Assembly (NCBI GenBank): GCA_963749495.1
Contig: CAVVMW010000021.1
Coordinates: 672,001 to 736,000, forward strand
DNA length: 64,000 nt
From: an uncultured bacterium
GTDB taxonomy: Bacteria > Verrucomicrobiota > Verrucomicrobiia > Limisphaerales > UBA8199
Direction: 5' to 3'
Part shown: positions 32,397 through 40,048 of the stretch, one piece after another
Layout: each line of letters begins with the position of its first letter
Numbering within the stretch: the stretch's first letter is position 1
The notes under the pieces: model-generated
What the model was told of the DNA's origin: nothing
Seen by the model: the letters and a program-made list of their open reading frames with translations, nothing else
Database searches by the model: none
Position numbers and translations under genes: made by a program

Positions 32397-34438
32397 TTGT
32401 GCCGAGTTCTGAATAATGCCGAGTTCGGTGGAGCGATTTCTCACATCTTTAAGGGATCGCTTTCTTTTTAACTTCAGAACTCGGCATTATCCGGTTGCCG
32501 CCCATACACAACAGCAATCGAAGATTCACCGTGCGAGGGGCAATTCCGAATTTCATGCGTCATTGAGGCCGATTTGATAGTTTCTTCCCTTCGGCGTCCG
32601 GAACCCCCGCTCGAGCGGAATGGTGGATGACAGCCGTTACTTCTCCTTTGTCATTCTTAATGAAGGTCAATTGCGCACCATTGAGCTTGATGAAGAAATT
32701 CGTTTCCGATTCCGGATAAATATCGAAGGCGCCTTGGATGGTGTTCTCGCCCCAGATTTGACATACCAACTGATCTCCTTTCCGCCAGATCGTCACTTTT
32801 GCTCCGGTGGGAAACGGGGCTTTCGGCGCAAATTCGTAGTGGCCGACAATGGCATCCAGAAGTTTCGGGTCCAGCTTGATGGCCACGCGTCGTTTGACTG
32901 GCTCGGGGGCTTTGGGTGGCTGATCGGAGATTTTTTGGAAAGACAATGGCTTGCCCTGGCAATCGATTGTCACTCCGGTCATCTGGCCGCGCGCGTTTCG
33001 GGAAAACACCGCCGGCCTGCCGGTCAACCGCTCGAAGAAACGGGTTTCCGACTGAGGCAGCAATTCGGCCGTGATCGGCGGCAGCAACAGCACTTCATCG
33101 GGCGATGAACCGGAGCCGATGGACTGGGCGAAAAGGCGGTCCCCCTTCCGCCAAATGCCGATGGTGTGTCCGGCCGGGTCGTTTGTCGGACGATACTGTC
33201 CCGCAGAGGAGCCCAGGATCGCGGTGCTGACGTTGGTCTCGGCCGGCCGTCGGTCCGACTGCCATTCGCTTTTCAGCAACACGTCTCCGAAATTGCGCAT
33301 CAAATCAGCCGAAGTCGACAAGATTACCACGCCGCGACGCCGCGTCTTGTCGAAACAGGCGAGCGCTCGGCAGCCGAACTCTCCTCCACCGGTATAGACG
33401 ATTTCCCCTCCCGGCGAAGCATAAGGAAAGGAAACCCGGCTTTTTTCCACGAGCGGTGTCAGCGGGGATGGCATCAAACCAAGGTTGGCCGACACGAATT
33501 TCAGCAGGTCATTGGCTGTCGAAAACAGCCCGCCAAGGGGTGCCAGAACGCCCCAATCTATACTCGGCCTCGCGTAGCCGAGTCGGTTGTGTTCCCAGGC
33601 GAGCCGGGCTTTCAGTTCGGGCGTCAGCGTGAACCGGGTGCTATTCATCTTCAATGGCTGGCAAATTCGTTCCACCACCAGCGATTCGTAGTTCGTTCCC
33701 GCCTTCAGTGCCATGGCTTGGCCCAGCAACCCCCTATCGACGCACCCATGGAGATTCTCCGTTCCCGGGTCATTGGTCAATTCACAGCCGGCTACAAAGG
33801 CATACATCTTCTCGAGGGTTAAATCAGCATAGGGATTATCCGCGCGTCTAGGGACAAGCTTGTCACGAAAATCTGGCAGCCCGGAGGCTTCCGCCACCAG
33901 GTGGCGCAAGGTGATTTCCTTGCCGTGGTAGGTCGGCATCATAACCGATTTCGGCAAATACTTTGCCACGGGATCATCCCACTCCATTTCCCCACGCTCA
34001 ACCATGTCTTGCAGCAACATGCTGGTAAATGTGCCTGTCACGGAATGGAGACCGAACACGGTGTCGCCATTCGCTTCCTGGTCGGTGCCGTTATCCAACG
34101 TTCCGCAACTGACCACCCTGCTCCCATGCTCGTCCACAATGCCAACCACGATACAGCCGTTTGGTATTTCAGCATGGACACACTGTTGCAGGTAAGCGTG
34201 GATGGCATTGGTGAAATCCTCTGCCGGGGCGGAAAGACAGCATGCCGCTGACAGCAGTGCGAGACAAATGAATCGGCCGATTCTTCGGATATCCATATGA
34301 TGTTTCAGACAGCGACACTGACAATTCGTCACGTTCATCGCCCGATAATGCCGAGGTCCGAGGTTAAAAAAGGAGCGACCTCTTAACCATGTCAGAAATC
34401 GCTCCACCGAACTCGGCATTACGCCGAGCTCGGCGTAA
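32397..34438. mobile_element. Non-autonomous element with ~95-bp terminal inverted repeats and 6-bp flanking direct repeat, inserted in tRNA-Ile(UAU)
   Basis: CGGACG at 32391-32396 and 34439-34444; ends TTGTGCCG-N9-TAATGCCG and (reverse complement) TTACGCCG-N9-TAATGCCG. Confidence 0.88.
32560..34296 (-). CDS. Secreted serine hydrolase/beta-lactamase-fold protein with two DUF3471-like domains; catalytic motifs degenerate
   Basis: DDPVAKYLP, ITLRHL..SGLP, GGLFSTANDLLKF; SVTG in place of SxxK. Confidence 0.85.
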   Translation of the reverse strand: MDIRRIGRFICLALLSAACCLSAPAEDFTNAIHAYLQQCVHAEIPNGCIVVGIVDEHGSRVVSCGTLDNGTDQEANGDTVFGLHSVTGTFTSMLLQDMVERGEMEWDDPVAKYLPKSVMMPTYHGKEITLRHLVAEASGLPDFRDKLVPRRADNPYADLTLEKMYAFVAGCELTNDPGTENLHGCVDRGLLGQAMALKAGTNYESLVVERICQPLKMNSTRFTLTPELKARLAWEHNRLGYARPSIDWGVLAPLGGLFSTANDLLKFVSANLGLMPSPLTPLVEKSRVSFPYASPGGEIVYTGGGEFGCRALACFDKTRRRGVVILSTSADLMRNFGDVLLKSEWQSDRRPAETNVSTAILGSSAGQYRPTNDPAGHTIGIWRKGDRLFAQSIGSGSSPDEVLLLPPITAELLPQSETRFFERLTGRPAVFSRNARGQMTGVTIDCQGKPLSFQKISDQPPKAPEPVKRRVAIKLDPKLLDAIVGHYEFAPKAPFPTGAKVTIWRKGDQLVCQIWGENTIQGAFDIYPESETNFFIKLNGAQLTFIKNDKGEVTAVIHHSARAGVPDAEGKKLSNRPQ

Positions 34439-34466
34439 CGGACGGTTCTCTTTGAACTACGCGCGC
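34439..34466 (-). pseudogene. tRNA-Ile(UAU) 5' part
   Basis: GCGCGCG-TA-GTTC-aaaga-GAAC-CGTCCG; pairs with the 3' part at 32327. Confidence 0.85.
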
Positions 34467-34467
34467 G

Positions 34468-34555
34468 TGGCGGAATGCCATGGACTTGCACCACTTGCCC
34501 GCAGGCACGCACTCCTTAGCACCGAGGTCCGGCTCGCTCCTCCGGTTGACATTCC
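34468..34555 (-). tRNA. tRNA-Ser(GCU), weak anticodon stem
   Basis: GGAATGT/GCATTCC-GCCA; loop gtGCTaa; long variable arm. Confidence 0.75.
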
Positions 34556-34626
34556 GAAATGGCCGGCCAAGCCGCAGCTCGGAGAGCGAAAGCTGGCCCG
34601 CCACGCCGTAGCCGGCAGGCGGAGGC

Positions 34627-34701
34627 TGGTGCCCGCGGCAGGACTTGCACCTGCACTGTCGAAGGTTTGAGCTTCGCGCCTCTGCATTGGGCTACGCGGG
34701 C
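34627..34701 (-). tRNA. tRNA-Leu(CAA), short variable arm
   Basis: GCCCGCG/CGCGGGC-ACCA; cgaag-ctCAAac-cttcg. Confidence 0.88.
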
Positions 34702-34708
34702 GGCAGAA

Positions 34709-34783
34709 TGGTGCTCCCGGTCAGATTTGCACCGACACTGAACGGGGTTTAAGCCCGTTGCCTCTGCGTTGGGCTACGGGAGC
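34709..34783 (-). tRNA. tRNA-Leu(UAA), short variable arm
   Basis: GCTCCCG/CGGGAGC-ACCA; acggg-ctTAAac-cccgt. Confidence 0.88.
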
Positions 34784-34884
34784 CCTTTAAATGTGGAGTG
34801 GGGAGTGCGGAGTGTAGAACGAGCGTAGCCAACGCTCGAGGGACGGAAATTCCGCAGTATGCACTCGCCACTCTGCACTTAAGA

Positions 34885-34967
34885 TGGTGCCCCGTGAAGG
34901 ATTCGCACCTTGGTGCCCGTCCGCCAGGACCCTTCCCGTTCTGAGCGGGACGCCTCTGCTGTTGGGC
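34885..34967 (-). pseudogene. tRNA-Leu(CAG), 5' acceptor strand lost, insert before the T arm
   Basis: tcccg-ctCAGaa-cggga; ACGGGGC-ACCA. Confidence 0.75.
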
Positions 34968-35438
34968 GTGGTCGTGTCTCTTTGTGCGGCGGTGGGGCGG
35001 GTATGCCGGGCCGCTGATTCAACTTCGTCCAGGACCATAGACCCGGCATCCCCCGCGCCGCACAAACTGGAATCGTAAACCGACGGGCTTCCGAGTGGTC
35101 GCCAACGGTAACTTGGCTGCGCTTGTCGTTCGTGCCTCTCGATTGGGGAAACGGGGATAATCAGGCTGGTCAGAACCGGGGGCAGGGCGCAGCTAAAGGG
35201 GCGGTTCCCGGTCGCGCCTCATTTGCCCTGGTGGTGTGGGGTGTGGAACCAGTTCCGCGAGCGGGGGACGGCGGCGCGGGGGTGGGACAGGGAAGGCAAA
35301 TCTGATACTGCCATCTGATACTGTTTGCCCTTTTTCCTGCATATTCGGGATGATTCAGGCGGACGGAGAAATCGCGAAACCCTTGCAAACATTGGTCGGG
35401 ATGAGGTGTGAGGACTCCTGCTGAAAGGCGTTTGTCAA

Positions 35439-35479
35439 TTTCGAGACAGGTGCAGCCAGCTTATATCTGCCTGCCTTCC
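35439..35479 (-). pseudogene. tRNA-Ser(CGA) 5' half
   Basis: GGAAGGC...cctgt-ctCGAaa then unrelated sequence. Confidence 0.6.
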
Positions 35480-35485
35480 ACAAAG

Positions 35486-35592
35486 TGGCTGCCAGGGTTG
35501 GACTCGCACCCGCCGTCGCTCGGAGCTATGGCGGGGCAGGCCAACACCTCGCGGCTTAACAGGCCGCCGTGCGACTTTGACACCACCTGGCA
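35486..35592 (-). tRNA. tRNA-Asn(GUU) with a 32-nt palindromic insert in the T arm
   Basis: TGCCAGG/CCTGGCA-GCCA; gcggc-ctGTTaa-gccgc; insert at 35509-35540. Confidence 0.8.
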
Positions 35593-35593
35593 A

Positions 35594-35670
35594 TGGCGCT
35601 GCCGGCAGGATTTGCACCCGCATGGGTTCGTTTAGAAGACGAATGCCTGGTCTGTTTCGGCCACGGCAGC
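35594..35670 (-). tRNA. tRNA-Arg(UCU)
   Basis: GCTGCCG/CGGCAGC-GCCA; ttcgt-ctTCTaa-acgaa; T-loop TGCAAAT. Confidence 0.9.
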
Positions 35671-35781
35671 TTTTGAATGCGGAATTCGGAGTGCGGAGTG
35701 CGGAATGGAGACTGTGCGCGGGCGCACGGTTACTTCGCACTCCGCATTTTGCACTTTGCACTCTTGATTTTTCATTCGGAT

Positions 35782-35852
35782 CAAGCCGCCCTGGTGCTGC
35801 CCCAGGCAAGCTGGGTTTTGGAGACTCGGCTGCACAGGCTGGTGCGCGACTT
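35782..35852 (-). tRNA. tRNA-Trp(CCA)-like, degenerate, no encoded CCA
   Basis: AAGTCGC/GCGGCTT; loop ctCCAaa; mismatched anticodon stem. Confidence 0.6.
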
Positions 35853-35898
35853 ATTTGAGTGGAGAATTTGGAGTGCAAAGTGCAGAATGCGCGAGCGT

Positions 35899-36264
35899 AT
35901 GAAACATCAGAACCTCCAAATCCGCACAAAGCACTTCGCCCTCCAGGTTATCAAGTTTTGCCAGGGGCTTCCCAACGCCGACACGAGCAGAATTCTCGGC
36001 CGACAACTGCTCCGGTCAGGAACCTCAGTCGGAGCCAATTACCGCGCCGCGTGCCGCGCAAAGTCGAAGCCCGCGTTTATCTCCAAGATGGGCGATGTCC
36101 TCGAAGAAGCGGACGAGTCTGGATATTGGGTCGAGCTTCTGTCCGAATCCGGGAAAATGGATGAGAAAACGGCCGCGCCGGTCTTGAGAGAGGCGAACGA
36201 GTTGGTCGCCATTTCCATTTCGTCTATCAACACCGCGAAGCGAAACTCAGGAGCGGAAGAATGA
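35899..36264 (+). CDS. Four-helix-bundle protein (23S rRNA IVS protein/Avd-like, TIGR02436-type)
   Basis: RQLLRSGTSVGANYRAACRAKS..FISK...EEADES.YW.ELL. Confidence 0.92.
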   Translation: MKHQNLQIRTKHFALQVIKFCQGLPNADTSRILGRQLLRSGTSVGANYRAACRAKSKPAFISKMGDVLEEADESGYWVELLSESGKMDEKTAAPVLREANELVAISISSINTAKRNSGAEE

Positions 36265-36355
36265 TCGCAATCGAGGGGAAGAATGTGGGCTGGGAGGTAT
36301 TCTGCATTAGGCACTCTGCACTCTGCATTTAGTCCTCCCGGCCCCCATGCCATTT

Positions 36356-36375
36356 CAACAAAGAACAAACACCTC
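36356..36375 (-). promoter_or_regulatory. boxA-like site and proximal arm of the 20-bp inverted repeat
   Basis: Transcript reads GAGGUGUUUGUUCUUUGUUG; contains UGUUCUUUG. Confidence 0.7.
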
Positions 36376-36649
36376 TTGCTATCTTGCGATACCAACCCAC
36401 GGTTTCACGGTGGTCCTTTCGGTGTTTTGGGGCACACCTCCTGCGAAGCCCTTAGATTGTAAAATCCGGCTTAACTCGCTCGGCGCGCTTTTTGGCGACC
36501 TGCGGGCAGAGCCCACCGGCGGAGAACCTCGGCTCTCCCGCGGCTCATGTTGTTTTGTGCCAGGTGACATCATCAAGACGTCGTCATTTGTCTGTTCACA
36601 GTGCTTTGCCTTTCGTTGTCGAGTGTTGCTGCTTCAGTCCTGCATGGGT

Positions 36650-36686
36650 AAACAAAAAACCCTGCTTCCATTCCGGTAAGCAGGGT
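36650..36686 (-). terminator. Intrinsic terminator (attenuator) in the array leader
   Basis: ACCCUGCUU/AAGCAGGGU 9-bp stem followed by UUUUUGUUU. Confidence 0.88.
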
Positions 36687-36709
36687 CTAGAAATCCTATG
36701 ATGTTTCGT

Positions 36710-36880
36710 TTACCTGCTCACCTTGAGCCTATCCCAATTGGCTTCGGGCTTTTGGCCGCAATATGCCCTGGATAGGCCGAGGCTGAACAAATGGCTCCGG
36801 CTTGGCTCGCTCCGACGTGTCGCTTTCGCGACCAACGTCGTCGGCCAAATCGAGACTGATATGCTCATGCAGGTTTTCAT
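36710..36880 (-). CDS. Putative 56-aa attenuator leader peptide
   Basis: MKTCMSISVSIWPTTLVAKATRRSEPSRSHLFSLGLSRAYCGQKPEANWDRLKVSR*; lies between promoter and terminator; below the ORF-track cutoff. Confidence 0.65.
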   Translation of the reverse strand: MKTCMSISVSIWPTTLVAKATRRSEPSRSHLFSLGLSRAYCGQKPEANWDRLKVSR

Positions 36881-36892
36881 CGAACGCACGTA

Positions 36893-36922
36893 AAACTATC
36901 ACACAACGCCTAATCTTGTCCA
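36893..36922 (-). promoter_or_regulatory. Putative sigma70 promoter of the tRNA operon
   Basis: TGGACA-N18-TAGTTT with extended TG; AT-rich upstream. Confidence 0.55.
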
Positions 36923-37754
36923 CTTATATTTTTAGGGGTGCGCATATCTTAAATTCAAATATCTGGATTTGATGATACGTTCCCGCGCCTGTTCCTCGGA
37001 ATAAGAGTGCGGGAAGGAGATGTAGTATCGGCGATCTCACGCCTGCCGAGGTGCGCTGGGAGTAATTGCCCTGGCGGTCGCCGCTGGTGCATTCGTTTGC
37101 GGCAAATCCCTGCCCTATCGAATCGGCCGGAGTCATTACCCGTAGGGCTTCGTCATGGAGCCTGAATCGTGCTGTGCCCGGGGTTGCCGGAGGAGACGGC
37201 CTCGGGGGACAGGTTGACCCTGAAGAGCGCGCCATCTCTTGCTGCCAGATACGTGAAAGTCGGCCGCTTATTCCGGCTTGATCTCGTCCAGGTCAACAGC
37301 TCGATGGAACACTCCGGAGCCGTGATCCCGTTTATTCACAGCGATGCAGCGACTGACAATTCCGATTTCATCGCCTACTTTGCCGGCATGCTGGAGTTTC
37401 GCCTTGAACACGAGCCCCAGGAATTGGTGCCGGTGGCCGGCCAACTCGCGGCCCTTTGCGCCTACGTCACCGAGCACTGGGCGAGCTTCCAAAAGGGTGC
37501 CGAGTTCTACGGTAATGTTTGGGATCGCTTCGAGTCGCTTCGCGACGCCTTCTCGAGGCTGACGTAGAGGTAATGCTCTTCCTTCCTTCACCCTGTCTGT
37601 TGATGGCCGTCGCCGCCGCCGCAGGTCATCTATGACCCCTCTCGACAACGCGACTTTATTGGACGCCGCGCCGATAGCGGTCTGCCGCAGAGCGACAACT
37701 AACAGCCCCCTTTCAGCTTCCGTTGAGGCCGTGGCCAAACTACACTCCACACCG

Positions 37755-38450
37755 ATGGCCCTGACCAACCCAGTTGAAACGAGCAAGCAGTTGGATGGTA
37801 AAGTCGCCTTTGTGACGGGAGCCAGCCGCAACGGCTTCCATTGGAGCCGGCCGGATCGGCGGGCGTTCTGCCCGGTCTCGGAGACTCCGGGCACGTGGAA
37901 CTACGCCAATGTCCAGTCGGCGGCGGGCGGCTGCCTGGTGATGGGCGACCGGCTCTACTTCTACGTGAGCGCGCGCGGCGCCGGGCAGGTCACGGGCCTG
38001 GCCACCCTGCGGCGCAACGGCTTCGCCTCGGTGGACGCCGATGAGGCCGGCGGCACGCTCAAGACCCGGCTCGTCACTTTCAAGGGCCGCTATCCGTTTG
38101 TGAACGTGGAGGCTCCGCAAGGCGAGCTGCGGGCCGAAATCCTGGACGAGCAGGACCGAGCGATAGCGCCGTTCACCAAGGAGAACTGCGTGCCCGTCAA
38201 GACCGACTCGACAATGGCCCCGCTGCATTGGAACGGCGCCGGGGACCTGGGCGCTCTCGCCGGGAAGAACGTCCGCTTCCAATTCCACCTCAGGAACGGC
38301 AGGCTTCACTCGTTTTGGGTCAGCTCCGATAGGAGTGGCGCCAGCTACGGCTACGTTGCCGCCGGAGGCCCCGGCTTCACGAGCAATCGAGACACGGCAG
38401 GGCGCCCAAACGCGTATTATGCTGGCGCCGCGTCATGGCAAAATCACTGA
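37755..38450 (+). pseudogene. Chimera: SDR N-terminus fused to the C-terminal part of a glycoside-hydrolase-like protein
   Basis: LDGKVAFVTGASR switches near 37829 to NGFHWSRPDRRAF..GLATLRRNGFAS. Confidence 0.6.
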
Positions 38451-39234
38451 TGTCAAAATCAGGCTGTCCTGGATCCAGGTTACGGCTTCCCCAGGAGGCC
38501 ACCCGGATTCTATCCCTCAGAAGGATTCGTTCTGGCGCCCCCGCCCAGGGCATCTATCGGATTGATTTTCCAACTGCAAATTGCGATGATTTCGCCGATG
38601 TCCTCGTTGGAAACAGATTTCGGGGCTCTTGAAGAGGACCCCTTGGCCACGCCGGTGCGGGGCAGCGCCCGCGGCTGCGGCATGGAGTGTTTCGCGAATC
38701 GTCGCGGCTTCGCTTTGGGCCGGATCTCCGACGGCACCCACTTCCACGCAGAGGCCAGCGTCCCCTTCGGCATTCGAGTCCCTTTATGAATACACCACCT
38801 TCGTCCCAGCAACCGGAACCCCAGACTCTGCCTGCAGATCCCCTTCGGGAGGGTGCCAAAATAGATTGCATCGTGATTGGCAGGACCGCGAGAACTCTGA
38901 TGGGCAAACACCGCATTTTGCCGAGCATGTGGAGGCTGCCCCAGGAAGAATCCGAACGGGTTCTCAAGGCTAGCGTCTTCTTGACGGTAGTCCTCTCGTT
39001 GAGCTTTGTTCTTTCCCTCAGTTCAACCGGCTGCCGCTCGTTTCTGCGCGATCAGGCGATGAAGGACTACACCGTGAAAATCAAACCTACGGGCGGCGTC
39101 ACGGCGCCCAATCGGTATCAGGAGGATTTTCTGTATCTCAAAGCACTGGGCGAGGAGGTGTTTCCGTTGGAGGACCGTTATTTTCCTCCGGACAAACGCG
39201 CGGGCATGGAACAGGAAATCCTCGGAAAACCGTG

Positions 39235-39808
39235 TAACTGCCTTCGAGGGCGGTCTGCTCGACTGAGACAATCGCGTTACGCACCGGCTTCCGGTCCGGT
39301 CCAATAACGCAGCCGAGAAGCACCTGGTTGGGCGGCGGATTCGTGGCCGCCCTGGGGTCGAGCCAGGCTTTCAGCGGCCCGAGCTGTGGATCGACCCGGT
39401 TGAAGCGGGCCGCTTCGAACCCCTTGGCCACGACGAGCACCTCGAACTCGAGCGCGGCATCGACCGATCCGATCTTGAGATCACCCAGAGCGTCCGCCAT
39501 GGCGCTCTTGCGGCAATCCGCATAGCAGGAGGGTCAGAGAAATCCCGGTCCTGAGCGAGGCCGGGCCGTGAGGATGAAAACCGAGGCGTTGGTTACGGGC
39601 TTCCCTTCGACCGACAGCACGGTTCCCACCAGGTCCAGCGCGGCGGCGTTCGCGGCGCCCGGAGCGATGCCTTGGCTTGGGGTCTTGGCCGAGCGAGAGT
39701 GAAAGGCCGAGTAAAGGCCGAAGACCACGATCATGGCCATGGCTGCGACGGCGGAGAGCACCCAGTGCCTGCGATGGGGTCTCACGTTGTCAACGGGCTC
39801 AGGCATCG
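39235..39808 (-). pseudogene. Fragments of a carboxypeptidase-regulatory-like domain protein
   Basis: GTVLSVEGKPVTNASV and GCVIGPDRKPVRNAIV in different frames. Confidence 0.5.
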
Positions 39809-40048
39809 TATGAAGGAAAATCCCCTTGGACCGAAATGGTTGCTTCGAGAAAGCCGTGTGAGTGGTGACCATGCAATGGACGGGCCGGCGATGCTGAATT
39901 TCTGGGGCGCCGGCGCTCTGCCGTGGTTCATCCCCACCGACCCATCCGACCGCGTTGTCGCCGAGGGCTTTGCGCTGGAGGAACTGGAGGCCAAACTCAA
40001 AGCCAACGGATGAGCCGGAGGAACCCTGCTCATACGGGTTGATTGGAG

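Noticed and set aside
32397..34438. Self-splicing intron or integron cassette in tRNA-Ile
   Set aside because: DNA-level inverted repeats and a 6-bp duplication; no group I/II motifs or attC consensus recognised
34968..35438. GOLLD-type large ncRNA
   Set aside because: Segment truncates tRNAs and I recognise no conserved motif; a covariance search would be needed
35899..36264. Diversity-generating retroelement (Avd-like gene)
   Set aside because: No reverse transcriptase or TR/VR pair seen in the window
30996..36331. CRISPR array
   Set aside because: Repeats are tRNAs and variable hairpins, not equal-length repeat-spacer units; no cas genes
36729..36923. 64-aa GTG ORF as the leader peptide
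   Set aside because: Its start lies within the predicted -35 box, upstream of the likely transcription start
36937..36965. dif-like site (GGTGCGCATA matches the XerC arm)
   Set aside because: No XerD arm (TTATGTTAAAT) at the required spacing
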